A stretch of DNA of 64,000 bases from NCBI RefSeq assembly GCF_046119375.1, contig NW_027362765.1, forward strand, positions 485,708,001-485,772,000, read 5' to 3'. Below, piece after piece: positions 35,311-48,422 of the stretch (positions within the stretch are counted from its first letter, which is position 1; each line of letters starts with the position of its first letter). A program made the position numbers and the translations under genes. The notes beneath the pieces are model-generated. The model saw only the letters and a list, made by a program, of their open reading frames with translations. It made no database searches and was not told the DNA's origin. Source of the DNA: Phyllobates terribilis (Eukaryota).

Positions 35311-35569
35311 AGCGAACAGTTGCTTTTTTTTATTTTTTTATTACAGTTGTAAAAGTCACTCGTCAAAGTCACTCGTCAGAATCAGTTCTCAGACAGGGTA
35401 TTTAGCCTCAAACTGACATCATTCTGATGTTTGATTTTGATATCTGATCATGTCCTAAAATGGACACTGTACTCCCCTTCAGGTGACTGATCACATGACT
35501 GTGACATCATCACAGGTCCTGTGCACACAGAAGGATATATAAATCCTGGTGGTTTTTGAAACAGTGGAG

Positions 35570-35930
35570 AAGCCTGGTGCCTGTGTCTGGGACACCATTA
35601 GCCTTGAGTGGCAAGAGGCCTGATCCCTGTGTCTGGGACACCAGTAGCCTTGAGAGGCAAGAGGCCTGATCCCTGTGTCTGGGACACCAGTAGCCTTGAG
35701 AGGCAAGAGGCCTGGTCCCTGGGTCTGGGACACCATTAGCCTTGAGAGGCAAGAGGCCTGATCCCTGTGTCTGGGACAACAGTAGCCTTGAGAGGCAAGA
35801 GGCCTGATCCCTGTGTCTGGGGCACCAGTAGCCTTGAGAGGCAAGAGGCCTGATCCCTGTGTCTGGGACACCAGTAGCCTTGGAAGGCAAGAGGCCTGAT
35901 CCCTGTGTCTGGGACACCAGTAGCCCTAGA
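35570..35930. repeat. 46-bp minisatellite, about 8 copies
   Basis: Unit AGTAGCCTTGAGAGGCAAGAGGCCTGATCCCTGTGTCTGGGACACC. Confidence 0.93.
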
Positions 35931-35939
35931 AGGCACATG

Positions 35940-36540
35940 GCCTAGAGACCAAGTCTGGGGAGCCTTAGACCACAGCTGTGGCAGAACAGAGCTGATAGAA
36001 GCAGCTAAGACCCGGCAAAGGTAAATCGGCGCTTTAAATGAATATTGAGGTGGTACCTTGCTGAAGTCTGTATCTGAAGCCAAGCGGGCTTAGCTGCCAC
36101 TGAAAAGGCTCTAGCATATTATATGTGTAACATTCCTGCTAGCCACTGAGATGGACTATGTTATAAGCAGTTTATGATGTGTAATAAACTGCTGGACTTC
36201 ATATTACAGGAAAACGTTGCATGTGTGCTTTAATTGACCCGGTGAAGTGAGTGCCCCTCAACATGATCATTAGCGCTACCTTACAGCTGGTTCAGAGCCT
36301 CTGGTCCTGCTTTCTGTTATTTGACCAAGGCCCATTTCCTGACCATTCTTTCACAATCCAATTTTGTACCTTGACTGCTGTCCTGGTTCGAACCCGGCTG
36401 TCTGACTACATCTGCCAGCCTACAGCATTGGCCAGCAGATGACTCTATGGATCCAACCCAGGAGCCCCTATGAAGGTTCAGATACATGCGCAGGGGTTAA
36501 ACGGAGAAGGTCAGAGTAACCCCTGGGATCTAGTAAATTG
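35940..36540. mobile_element. Probable decayed LTR fragment
   Basis: Composition and motifs (TTTGACC..., GCAGGGGTTAAA.GGAGAAGGTCAG) resemble Gypsy LTR sequence. No termini were identified. Confidence 0.3.
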
Positions 36541-36789
36541 GGGGCACAAACTAAGCCTGTCTGTGGTAGCCATTTTAGAGTTTCAAGCTGACCATTGCCA
36601 GATCCACATAACATAACTAAAGAAAATGTCATTATAAATAAATTCACATTTTCCTTTAATTAACAAATCACATTTGTTTTGTCTAGACAAATAATCACCA
36701 TAAAACATTTCAGAGCGGTGGGTAGCTCCGCAGCTATAACCGGAAAGTATAGGCTATCTCCAGGTCACAGCAGACGCTCAGTATTCAGA

Positions 36790-37590
36790 TAGCAGTGTGA
36801 GCAGCCTCTTCTAACCTCTGCACCTCTGGGATTTCCAGTATTAGATCAGATAGACATGAGAGACAGCAGTGTGTGCAGCCTCTTCTAACCTCTGCACCTC
36901 TAGGATTTCCAGTATTAGATCAGATAGACATGAGAGACAGCAGTGTGTGCAGCCTCTTCTAACCTCTGCACCCCTGGTATTTCCAGTATTAGATCAGATA
37001 GACAAGAGGGACAGCAGTGTGTGCAGCCTCTTCTAACCTCTGCGATTTCCAGTATTAGATCAGATAAACAGGAGAGACAGCAGTGTGTGCAGCCTATTCT
37101 TACCTCAGCACCTCTGGTATCTCCAGTATTAGATCAGATAGACAGGAGGGACAACAATGTGTGCAGCCTCTTCTAACCTCAGCACCCCTGCTATTTCCAG
37201 TATTAGATCAGATACAGTAGGGACAGCAGTGTGTGCAGCCTCTTCTAACCTCAGCACCCCTGGTATTTCCAGTATTAGATCTGATAGACAGGAGGGAAGG
37301 AGGGACAGAAGTGTGTGCAGCCCACTCTTACCTCAGCACCCCTGGTATCTCCAGTATTAGATCATATAGAAAGGAGGGACAACAATGTGTGCAGCCTCTT
37401 CTAACCTCAGCACCCCTGCTATTTCCAGTATTAGATCAGATACAGGAGGGACAGCAGTGTGTGCAGCCTCTTCTAACCTCAGCACCCCTGGTATTTCCCG
37501 TATTAGATCTGATAGACAGGAGGGAAGGAGGGACAGCAGTGTGTGCAGCCCACTCTTACCTCAGCACCCCTGGTATGTCCAGTATTAGAT
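36790..37590. repeat. About 74-bp minisatellite, about 11 diverged copies
   Basis: Recurrent CCAGTATTAGATCAGATAGAC...CAGCAGTGTGTGCAGCCTCTTCTAACCTC; period 74 measured from 36835 to 36909. Confidence 0.92.
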
Positions 37591-39855
37591 CAGAATATAA
37601 AATAGCAGCAAATTTTCCTATACATGAAAGGAGGGGGCACATGGTCACAGACACCTGTACCTTTAACATTCAAGGGTAGGATTCTATCAGTGTGCCCAGA
37701 CAGCAACCATTGTAATATACATTACCTCCCTGGACAAAACAAGTGTCATTTACTAATAAAAGGTATTTAGAAATTTATACTGAATATTCCTTAAGTTCCT
37801 TACTTTTTCTATTTCCAGAGAAACTGCTTAAAGGGAACCTGCCAGACCAATTAAGTGTGCAGTCTCTGCAGGGGCATGTTAACTGAAAGGGCGTGCACAT
37901 ACAGGCTCAGTAGTAAGTCTATGGATCTGTACAACCCACTGTAGTGTGTGGACCTATAATTTCTATTGATCTCAGACACTGCTCTGTGTGCGTGCACCTG
38001 CAGAAGTTTCGCAGTTCAGAGGAGTGTTTTGAGCAATCGGAGGGGATCTCAGGACCTGGCCCCCACCAATCAGCAGCACTTTGCAGACACCATAATATAT
38101 AAGAAGTTTTTGAAAATGATAATACACATTTTTTGACTCATACTAACGGTTCAAATTTATTTTTAAAAACAGCAGTGTGCTGATCCTTTCATCCATCTGG
38201 GCCAGGCTGCAGCGGGCACTAGTCACAGGCACCGCGCTGCCGGCACGCACACTCACTTTGATTGACATCCCACCAGCATGTATAATCTAGCGCCATACTC
38301 CTGGATTAGTTTATTTGTCAGGCTACCTCATCATGACTGCTTAGATTTTCAAAAGGTGTGTTGTGTTTAACATTCAGTAATGACTATGTTAGGCCCCCAT
38401 CTAGATTTGGGGGGGAAGAATCAGTGAGTACACTGGCGGCCCCCTAGCGACTATTAAGAGTTTTGTGTTTAGGGTTCAGCATGGACTTTTACAGCAACCT
38501 GAGCACACAGCAGGGTGCAGAATATATTTAATGCATATATATTAGATAAAGCCAAAATGGTTTACCTGAAATACTTGTCAGTATCAAAGAAAAATAATAC
38601 CAATATTGGTTTCATGGAAGTTTTTTTTGGAATTGAAAGAATTTAATTGTTAACTTACTGCAAAAAAGTATCTTGGGAATTGGGAGATGAAAACTTGAAT
38701 GCTAAAAATAGCAAGGTCGTGCTGTTGATGGAACGTTTGATCTCAGCTATTACAGATTCAATTGCAGATTGCAACATTAAATGCCAGAGACATCAATAAG
38801 AGAAATGGTTTTCTGAGTTCTAATTACGTTTCTGAATCACGAAGAGTTTCTCCCAAAGAGACCATCGTGTAGATTGGAAAAATTAGAAATACTTTACCTA
38901 TAACTTCAGCTACACTGACTCTTCAGCCTTGAGCTCTCGGAGAAGCAATCCACAAATTTAAATGTTCTTAAATGGGTTACAAGAAACTGCTCAGCGTAAT
39001 TAGATTCCATCGTCTCTGGAGGCAGACTGCGCGGCTACAAACCAGGGCTGTGGCTCCTAATCTTCCACTGCTCCACATGGAGCAACGCTCCACTGTTGCC
39101 AGCTTTACAACATGCCAAATCAAAAATATAACATTTTATAAAACATTTTTTCATTTTCTGTCAACATAGCTAGATTAGGGCTTGTTTTTCTTTTTTTTCG
39201 TTGTCGTTTTGAATTCAATGAGGTAACATAAACCCAATTCAGCCATTGTTTTAGGAGTTTCCTGTTTACAGTGTTCATTGTGTGGTAAAATTGACATGGA
39301 ATCATGATTCTTCAGATCAGTACGATTGCAGAGATACCAGACTTGTATTGTTTTTTTTGTTTTTTTAATATATATTTTAGAGTCTAAAATAATAAAAAAA
39401 TTTGTAAACCTACCGTACATTTTTGGGTTGTGTTGCAATTTTAAGAGATCTGTTACCTTTGTTTTATTTTTTGGTAGATGGATTTTGAAACATGGCGAGC
39501 TGTTGGTTTTTATTCATTGGGGTAAATATGACCTTTTGATCACATTTTATTTTAGCAAAATTAATGGTTCACAGAGGAGCCAGACCTGCAGTGGATCTCC
39601 AAGCCTTCACAAACTGGTATATTGCATCTGGACTCTTTACAAGTGTTTTCTAAGAATAAAAACAAATAAAGAAGGAAAATGAAATAAATATATTTCTAAA
39701 TACACATAATTACCAAATCACACACATTTTTTCTAAGGAGGAAGTTACTGTAGTAAACTAAAAATGACAGAAACCTGTCCTAGAATGTTAATAGTACTAA
39801 TGCCATGAAGCATTTGTGGTACTCAGCTCCACCCATGCCCTTTCTATGCAGTAGT

Positions 39856-42800
39856 AAGCTCTGCCCCCTTCCTGTGGAGTAGAAGGCTCTGCCCCAGCCC
39901 CTTCCTGTGGAGTAGAAGGCTCTGCCCCAGCCCCTTGTGTGCAGTACAAGGCTCTGCCCCAGCCCCTTGTGTGCAGTACAAGGCTCTGCCCCAGCCCCTT
40001 GTGTGCAGTACAAGGCTCTGCCCCAGCCCCTTGTGTGCAGTACAAGGCTCTGCCCCAGCCCCTTGTGTGCAGTACAAGGCTCTGCCCCAGCCCCTTGTGT
40101 GCAGTACAAGGCTCTGCCCCAGCCCCTTGTGTGCAGTACAAGGCTCTGCCCCAGCCCCTTGTGTGCAGTACAAGGCTCTGCCCCAGCCCCTTGTGTGCAG
40201 TACAAGGCTCTGCCCCAGCCCCTTGTGTGCAGTACAAGGCTCTGCCCCAGCCCCTTGTGTGCAGTACAAGGCTCTGCCCCAGCCCCTTGTGTGCAGTACA
40301 AGGCTCTGCCCCAGCCCCTTGTGTGCAGTACAAGGCTCTGCCCCAGCCCCTTGTGTGCAGTACAAGGCTCTGCCCCAGCCCCTTGTGTGCAGTACAAGGC
40401 TCTGCCCCAGCCCCTTGTGTGCAGTACAAGGCTCTGCCCCAGCCCCTTGTGTGCAGTACAAGGCTCTGCCCCAGCCCCTTGTGTGCAGTACAAGGCTCTG
40501 CCCCAGCCCCTTGTGTGCAGTACAAGGCTCTGCCCCAGCCCCTTGTGTGCAGTACAAGGCTCTGCCCCAGCCCCTTGTGTGCAGTACAAGGCTCTGCCCC
40601 AGCCCCTTGTGTGCAGTACAAGGCTCTGCCCCAGCCCCTTGTGTGCAGTACAAGGCTCTGCCCCAGCCCCTTGTGTGCAGTACAAGGCTCTGCCCCAGCC
40701 CCTTGTGTGCAGTACAAGGCTCTGCCCCAGCCCCTTGTGTGCAGTACAAGGCTCTGCCCCAGCCCCTTGTGTGCAGTACAAGGCTCTGCCCCAGCCCCTT
40801 GTGTGCAGTACAAGGCTCTGCCCCAGCCCCTTGTGTGCAGTACAAGGCTCTGCCCCAGCCCCTTGTGTGCAGTACAAGGCTCTGCCCCAGCCCCTTGTGT
40901 GCAGTACAAGGCTCTGCCCCAGCCCCTTGTGTGCAGTACAAGGCTCTGCCCCAGCCCCTTGTGTGCAGTACAAGGCTCTGCCCCAGCCCCTTGTGTGCAG
41001 TACAAGGCTCTGCCCCAGCCCCTTGTGTGCAGTACAAGGCTCTGCCCCAGCCCCTTGTGTGCAGTACAAGGCTCTGCCCCAGCCCCTTGTGTGCAGTACA
41101 AGGCTCTGCCCCAGCCCCTTGTGTGCAGTACAAGGCTCTGCCCCAGCCCCTTGTGTGCAGTACAAGGCTCTGCCCCAGCCCCTTGTGTGCAGTACAAGGC
41201 TCTGCCCCAGCCCCTTGTGTGCAGTACAAGGCTCTGCCCCAGCCCCTTGTGTGCAGTACAAGGCTCTGCCCCAGCCCCTTGTGTGCAGTACAAGGCTCTG
41301 CCCCAGCCCCTTGTGTGCAGTACAAGGCTCTGCCCCAGCCCCTTGTGTGCAGTACAAGGCTCTGCCCCAGCCCCTTGTGTGCAGTACAAGGCTCTGCCCC
41401 AGCCCCTTGTGTGCAGTACAAGGCTCTGCCCCAGCCCCTTGTGTGCAGTACAAGGCTCTGCCCCAGCCCCTTGTGTGCAGTACAAGGCTCTGCCCCAGCC
41501 CCTTGTGTGCAGTACAAGGCTCTGCCCCAGCCCCTTGTGTGCAGTACAAGGCTCTGCCCCAGCCCCTTGTGTGCAGTACAAGGCTCTGCCCCAGCCCCTT
41601 GTGTGCAGTACAAGGCTCTGCCCCAGCCCCTTGTGTGCAGTACAAGGCTCTGCCCCAGCCCCTTGTGTGCAGTACAAGGCTCTGCCCCAGCCCCTTGTGT
41701 GCAGTACAAGGCTCTGCCCCAGCCCCTTGTGTGCAGTACAAGGCTCTGCCCCAGCCCCTTGTGTGCAGTACAAGGCTCTGCCCCAGCCCCTTGTGTGCAG
41801 TACAAGGCTCTGCCCCAGCCCCTTGTGTGCAGTACAAGGCTCTGCCCCAGCCCCTTGTGTGCAGTACAAGGCTCTGCCCCAGCCCCTTGTGTGCAGTACA
41901 AGGCTCTGCCCCAGCCCCTTGTGTGCAGTACAAGGCTCTGCCCCAGCCCCTTGTGTGCAGTACAAGGCTCTGCCCCAGCCCCTTGTGTGCAGTACAAGGC
42001 TCTGCCCCAGCCCCTTGTGTGCAGTACAAGGCTCTGCCCCAGCCCCTTGTGTGCAGTACAAGGCTCTGCCCCAGCCCCTTGTGTGCAGTACAAGGCTCTG
42101 CCCCAGCCCCTTGTGTGCAGTACAAGGCTCTGCCCCAGCCCCTTGTGTGCAGTACAAGGCTCTGCCCCAGCCCCTTGTGTGCAGTACAAGGCTCTGCCCC
42201 AGCCCCTTGTGTGCAGTACAAGGCTCTGCCCCAGCCCCTTGTGTGCAGTACAAGGCTCTGCCCCAGCCCCTTGTGTGCAGTACAAGGCTCTGCCCCAGCC
42301 CCTTGTGTGCAGTACAAGGCTCTGCCCCAGCCCCTTGTGTGCAGTACAAGGCTCTGCCCCAGCCCCTTGTGTGCAGTACAAGGCTCTGCCCCAGCCCCTT
42401 GTGTGCAGTACAAGGCTCTGCCCCAGCCCCTTGTGTGCAGTACAAGGCTCTGCCCCAGCCCCTTGTGTGCAGTACAAGGCTCTGCCCCAGCCCCTTGTGT
42501 GCAGTACAAGGCTCTGCCCCAGCCCCTTGTGTGCAGTACAAGGCTCTGCCCCAGCCCCTTGTGTGCAGTACAAGGCTCTGCCCCAGCCCCTTGTGTGCAG
42601 TACAAGGCTCTGCCCCAGCCCCTTGTGTGCAGTACAAGGCTCTGCCCCAGCCCCTTGTGTGCAGTACAAGGCTCTGCCCCAGCCCCTTGTGTGCAGTACA
42701 AGGCTCTGCCCCAGCCCCTTGTGTGCAGTAGAAGGCTCTGCCCCAGCCCCTTGTGTGCAGTAGAAGGCTCTGCCCCAGCCCCTTGTGTGCAGTAGAAGGC

Positions 42801-45449
42801 TCTGCCCCAGCCCCTTGTGTGCAGTAGAAGGCTCTGCCCCAGCCCCTTGTGTGCAGTAGAAGGCTCTGCCCCAGCCCCTTGTGTGCAGTAGAAGGCTCTG
42901 CCCCAGCCCCTTGTGTGCAGTAGAAGGCTCTGCCCCAGCCCCTTGTGTGCAGTAGAAGGCTCTGCCCCAGCCCCTTGTGTGCAGTAGAAGGCTCTGCCCC
43001 AGCCCCTTGTGTGCAGTAGAAGGCTCTGCCCCAGCCCCTTGTGTGCAGTAGAAGGCTCTGCCCCAGCCCCTTGTGTGCAGTAGAAGGCTCTGCCCCAGCC
43101 CCTTGTGTGCAGTAGAAGGCTCTGCCCCAGCCCCTTGTGTGCAGTAGAAGGCTCTGCCCCAGCCCCTTGTGTGCAGTAGAAGGCTCTGCCCCAGCCCCTT
43201 GTGTGCAGTAGAAGGCTCTGCCCCAGCCCCTTGTGTGCAGTAGAAGGCTCTGCCCCAGCCCCTTGTGTGCAGTAGAAGGCTCTGCCCCAGCCCCTTGTGT
43301 GCAGTAGAAGGCTCTGCCCCAGCCCCTTGTGTGCAGTAGAAGGCTCTGCCCCAGCCCCTTGTGTGCAGTAGAAGGCTCTGCCCCAGCCCCTTGTGTGCAG
43401 TAGAAGGCTCTGCCCCAGCCCCTTGTGTGCAGTAGAAGGCTCTGCCCCAGCCCCTTGTGTGCAGTAGAAGGCTCTGCCCCAGCCCCTTGTGTGCAGTAGA
43501 AGGCTCTGCCCCAGCCCCTTGTGTGCAGTAGAAGGCTCTGCCCCAGCCCCTTGTGTGCAGTAGAAGGCTCTGCCCCAGCCCCTTGTGTGCAGTAGAAGGC
43601 TCTGCCCCAGCCCCTTGTGTGCAGTGGAAGGCTCTGCCCCAGCCCCTTGTGTGCAGTGGAAGGCTCTGCCCCAGCCCCTTGTGTGCAGTGGAAGGCTCTG
43701 CCCCAGCCCCTTGTGTGCAGTGGAAGGCTCTGCCCCAGCCCCTTACGTGCAGTGGAAGGCTCTGCCCCAGCCCCTTACGTGCAGTGGAAGGCTCTGCCCC
43801 AGCCCCTTACGTCCAGTGGAAGGCTCTGCCCCAGCCCCTTACGTCCAGTGGAAGGCTCTGCCCCAGCCCCTTACGTGCAGTGGAAGGCTCTGCCCCAGCC
43901 CCTTACGTGCAGTGGAAGGCTCTGCCCCAGCCCCTTACGTGCAGTGGAAGGCTCTGCCCCAGCCCCTTACGTGCAGTGGAAGGCTCTGCCCCAGCCCCTT
44001 ACGTGCAGTGGAAGGCTCTGCCCCAGCCCCTTACGTGCAGTGGAAGGCTCTGCCCCAGCCCCTTACGTGCAGTGGAAGGCTCTGCCCCAGCCCCTTACGT
44101 GCAGTGGAAGGCTCTGCCCCAGCCCCTTACGTGCAGTGGAAGCCTCTGCCCCAGCCCCTTACGTGCAGTGGAAGCCTCTGCCCCAGCCCCTTACGTGCAG
44201 TGGAAGCCTCTGCCCCAGCCCCTTACGTGCAGTGGAAGCCTCTGCCCCAGCCCCTTACGTGCAGTGGAAGCCTCTGCCCCAGCCCCTTACGTGCAGTGGA
44301 AGCCTCTGCCCCAGCCCCTTACGTGCAGTGGAAGCCTCTGCCCCAGCCCCTTACGTGCAGTGGAAGCCTCTGCCCCAGCCCCTTACGTGCAGTGGAAGGC
44401 TCTGCCCCAGCCCCTTACGTGCAGTGGAAGCCTCTGCCCCAGCCCCTTACGTGCAGTGGAAACCTCTGCCCCAGCCCCTTACGTGCAGTGGAAGGCTCTG
44501 CCCCAGCCCCTTACGTGCAGTGGAAGGCTCTGCCCCAGCCCCTTACGTGCAGTGGAAGGCTCTGCCCCAGCCCCTTACGTGCAGTGGAAGGCTCTGCCCC
44601 AGCCCCTTACGTGCAGTGGAAGGCTCTGCCCCAGCCCCTTACGTGCAGTAGAAGGCTCTGCCCCAGCCCCTTACGTGCAGTACAAGGCTCTGCCCCAGCC
44701 CCTTACGTGCAGTACAAGGCTCTGCCCCAGCCCCTTACGTGCAGTACAAGGCTCTGCCCCAGCCCCTTACGTGCAGTAGAAGGCTCTGCCCCAGCCCCTT
44801 ACGTGCAGTGGAAGGCTCTGCCCCAGCCCCTTACGTGCAGTGGAAGGCTCTGCCCCAGCCCCTTACGTGCAGTGGAAGGCTCTGCCCCAGCCCCTTACGT
44901 GCAGTGGAAGGCTCTGCCCCAGCCCCTTACGTGCAGTGGAAGGCTCTGCCCCAGCCCCTTACGTGCAGTGAAAGGCTCTGCCCCAGCCCCTTACGTGCAG
45001 TGGAAGGCTCTGCCCCAGCCCCTTACGTGCAGTGGAAGGCTCTGCCCCAGCCCCTTACGTGCAGTAGAAGGCTCTGCCCCAGCCCCTTACGTGCAGTAGA
45101 AGGCTCTGCCCCAGCCCCTTACGTGCAGTAGAAGGCTCTGCCCCAGCCCCTTACGTGCAGTAGAAGGCTCTGCCCCAGCCCCTTACGTGCAGTAGAAGGC
45201 TCTGCCCCAGCCCCTTACGTGCAGTGGAAGGCTCTGCCCCAGCCCCTTACGTGCAGTGGAAGGCTCTGCCCCAGCCCCTTACGTGCAGTAGAAGGCTCTG
45301 CCCCAGCCCCTTACGTGCAGTAGAAGGCTCTGCCCCAGCCCCTTACGTGCAGTAGAAGGCTCTGCCCCAGCCCCTTACGTGCAGTAGAAGGCTCTGCCCC
45401 AGCCCCTTATGTGCAGTAGAAGGCTCTGCCCCAGCCCCTTACGTGCAGT
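39856..45449. repeat. 32-bp tandem satellite, about 175 copies, block-structured variants
   Basis: Unit GGCTCTGCCCCAGCCCCTTGTGTGCAGTACAA and single/double-base variants. Confidence 0.99.
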
Positions 45450-46554
45450 AGGAAGCACTAACCATCTTTATGTGGTGGAAAATGTTGAGTAAAGGCCTCT
45501 TGATAAACAGAACTGCAGTGTGTAGCTGGGTTGTGGTGAAGTAGTGAGGAGCAGTGAATGCAGAGGACAAGTAAAGAGTAAAGAGGAAGGAATTGAAACT
45601 GTGTGGAAAAGTTGTGAAGGAAACGTTCATAAGGTTGTGTACCCGCTATCTCCTGTATATGTTCCTCACCAAGTTCCTGTTTAGTAAAAAGTTACATTTT
45701 TAAATGGTGGTCTCCCTCATTTAACTATAAAACATCTGGTCCTGGCCAACCAGCAACATCGGATACATGTGGCCTGCACGGGCGTAGTGACCCCACAGCA
45801 CAAGTCCACACACTCAGCCAGGACCTCCACCTTCATGTAACGTGCCGAGACACAAGAGACGAGTACCTTGCCCACAGCTACCGCACCGTGCCATGTTACA
45901 TTAATAATAATGTTCTTGAATGAATAAAATGCAAATGTGTATCTCTATATATTAGAGCTTCCCTGACTTGTTTAGCTGGATCCTGTAATAGACCATATCT
46001 AATAGAAGTATCTATGCACAGTCACCCCCGAAACCTCCACTCTTGTATTATCTGAATCCAGCATACTAATACAGGACTTGGTGGGTGACAGACTTCTTGC
46101 ACTTTCTCTTTAATGTAATCTAATTTCTAAGTAATGACTATGAGCAATGGGCTTTAGACAAGAAGAAAGAGTGGGCGGTATAATGGCAGGAGGGGGAGAA
46201 AAAACTAAAACCTGCTAGCAGAATATGTTGGGTGTTACATTTTTACAAAAACTGGGCATGCTTGTGACTTAGTGGTAGGTTCTTCTTGACCTATGAACAT
46301 TTCCTCTATTTGCACTTAGTAAGCAGATATACTTGAAAATATGTATTACAGCATGGTGTTATATGCAATGTCCTACATATACTGTGTATCTGCTCAATAT
46401 GGTTGATCCACTGGACCCAAAATCACAAAGCAGAGGATTACATAATGAAAATACATGTTAAACTAAATCTTTTCTCACAAAACTATATATTAATCCATTA
46501 AGCTTCCTCAGCTCTGTAACATGTCTGCATTTTCATGGTGACAGGTTCTCTTTA

Positions 46555-46737
46555 GGCCACGTTCACACGTTCAGTATTTTACCTCAGTATTTGTAAGCCA
46601 AAACAAGGTGAGGAACAATCAGAGGAAAAGTATAATAGAAACACGTCACCACTTCTGCATTTATCATCCACTCCTGGTTTTGCCTTACAAATACTGATGT
46701 AAAAAACTCCCGAATCATTCAATGTATGAACGTGGCC
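46555..46737. mobile_element. 183-bp Harbinger-type MITE, TTA TSD
   Basis: TTA|GGCCACGTTCACACGTT ... AATGTATGAACGTGGCC|TTA. Confidence 0.85.
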
Positions 46738-46759
46738 TTATTCACTGACTCCAGGGTTT

Positions 46760-48350
46760 TCATTCAGTCCCATTACCACAGATGTATACCATCCAGCCCC
46801 TTGTCATGTCATACATGCCATGACAGGATGGATCATTGTAAAGAGCTCACTGTCACCAGCCTGGTCATCTATGAGTGATGTTATCGAAAAATGGAAGCGT
46901 TCAACAACCACAACAATTTAGCGCCAAAGTGTCAGGTCATGTAACGTCAGAGTGGGGTCACTGAGTGCCGAGGGGCATCGTGAATACAAGTTGACAAAAC
47001 TTTGCCAACTCAATAACTGCAGAGCTCCATATCTCCACTGGCATTAACATCCACACAAAATCTGTGAGCTGGGAGCTTTAATGCCTGAATTTCCATGGCC
47101 GAGCAGCTGCATGCAAGCTTTACATCACCTAGCACAATGCCAGACATGGCATGAAGCAGAATAATGCACGCTGGGCTCAGGAGAAGTGGAAACCTTCTGT
47201 AGAGTGATGAATCAAACTTTTCTATCCAGCAGTCTGATGAGCGAGTCTGGAGAGAACATTACCGGACTGACTGCACTGTTTGATGTAGGAGGGATGATGC
47301 TATGGACTGGTTTTTCAGGTTGTGGCCTAGGTCCCTAAAGGCCCTGTCACACTTAGCGATGCTACAGCGATCCCGACAACGATGCGACCTGTCAGGGATC
47401 GTTGCTGCGTCGCTATGTGATCGCTGGTGAGCTGTCAAACAGGCAGGCTCACCAACGATCAGGGGAGCAGCGACATCGTGGAAAGAATCTTTCCACGATG
47501 TCCTGCTCCTGGTTACCAGCCTGCTGAAGCAGGAGCAGGCTGGTAACTATGGTAAACATCGGGTTACTAGGGGCACACGCGCACCTAGTAACCCGCTGTT
47601 TATCATTGTTACCACTCTGCTACTGTGAGCGGGAGGTTACCGCTCACCGTAGCAGAGTGGTAACCATGATAAACAGCGGGTTACTAAGTGTGCGTGTGCC
47701 CCTAGTAACCCGCTGTTTATCATGGTTACCAGCCTGATCGCTGGTCCCGCTGGTCACACACAATGATGTGTGCTGACCAGCGGGAGGGCAAAGACCAAAA
47801 AATGGTCCAGGACATTTTGCAGCGATCAGCGACCTCACAGCAGGGGCCTGATCGTTGCAAAGTGTCACACATAGCGACATCGCTGGTGAGGTCGCTGTTG
47901 CGTCACCAAAACCGTGACACAGCAGCGATCTCGCTATGTGAGACGGGGGCTTTAGTTTCAGTAAAGGGAAATCTTAATACTTCATCAGATAAGACATTTT
48001 GAAGAATTGTATGCATCTAACTTAGTGATAACAGCTTGGAGAAGGCCCTTTTCGGTTATTTCAAGACTGTGCCCCAGTGCACAAAGCAAGGTTCACAAAG
48101 AGTTGGATGGGTTTGGTGTGGAAGAAATTAAGTGGCTACAGAGTCGTGACTATAACCCCATCCAACATCTTTGGGATGAACTAGAATGAAGATCGTGAGC
48201 CGGCCCTCTCGTCCAGCATCAGTGTCTGACTTCACAAATGCTCTTGTGAATGAATGGGCAAAAATTCCCTCAGATCCCTCCAAAATCTTGTAGAAAGCCT
48301 TCACAGAAAAATACACACTGTTTTACCTGCAAAGTGGGGACCAATACTTC
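46760..48350 (+). pseudogene. Heavily decayed Tc1 transposase relic interrupted by a MITE
   Basis: Residual motifs ...SDES.F..., D.APVHKA, and VEEIKW..SRDYNPIQHLWDELE in mixed frames. Many stops and indels; no TIRs found. Confidence 0.7.
47340..47950. mobile_element. Palindromic MITE (GGCCCTGTCACAC ... GTGAGACGGGGGC)
   Basis: TIRs flanked by TAAA/TTTA and a near-perfect internal palindrome at 47561-47711. Confidence 0.8.
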
Positions 48351-48422
48351 TGTCTGTATAGTGGTACATGTAAATGCTCCTAGAAGTTCTCTGGACTGGA
48401 GGTATGCAACATTTATACTTAA

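Noticed and set aside
36790-37590. CRISPR-like look of regularly spaced repeats (also 35570-35930 and 53010-53420)
   Set aside because: Intervening sequences are homologous to each other rather than unique spacers; no cas genes; eukaryotic context.
17000-38701. Chain of minus-strand mini-exons (about 38659-38701, 32311-32361, 29017-29070, 17000-17030) giving a hydrophobic peptide
   Set aside because: Phases do not join without invoking unseen exons, the peptide is unrecognised, and AT-rich DNA yields such candidates by chance.
38765-38872. IATLNARDINKR peptide resembling an L1 endonuclease start
   Set aside because: Only about 10 residues of weak similarity and no downstream APE motifs.
39780-45131. 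Six 930-973 aa ORFs and further 130-504 aa ORFs
   Set aside because: Translations of a 32-bp tandem repeat. The same 32-aa peptide appears in all three frames because 32 is not a multiple of 3; no coding evidence.
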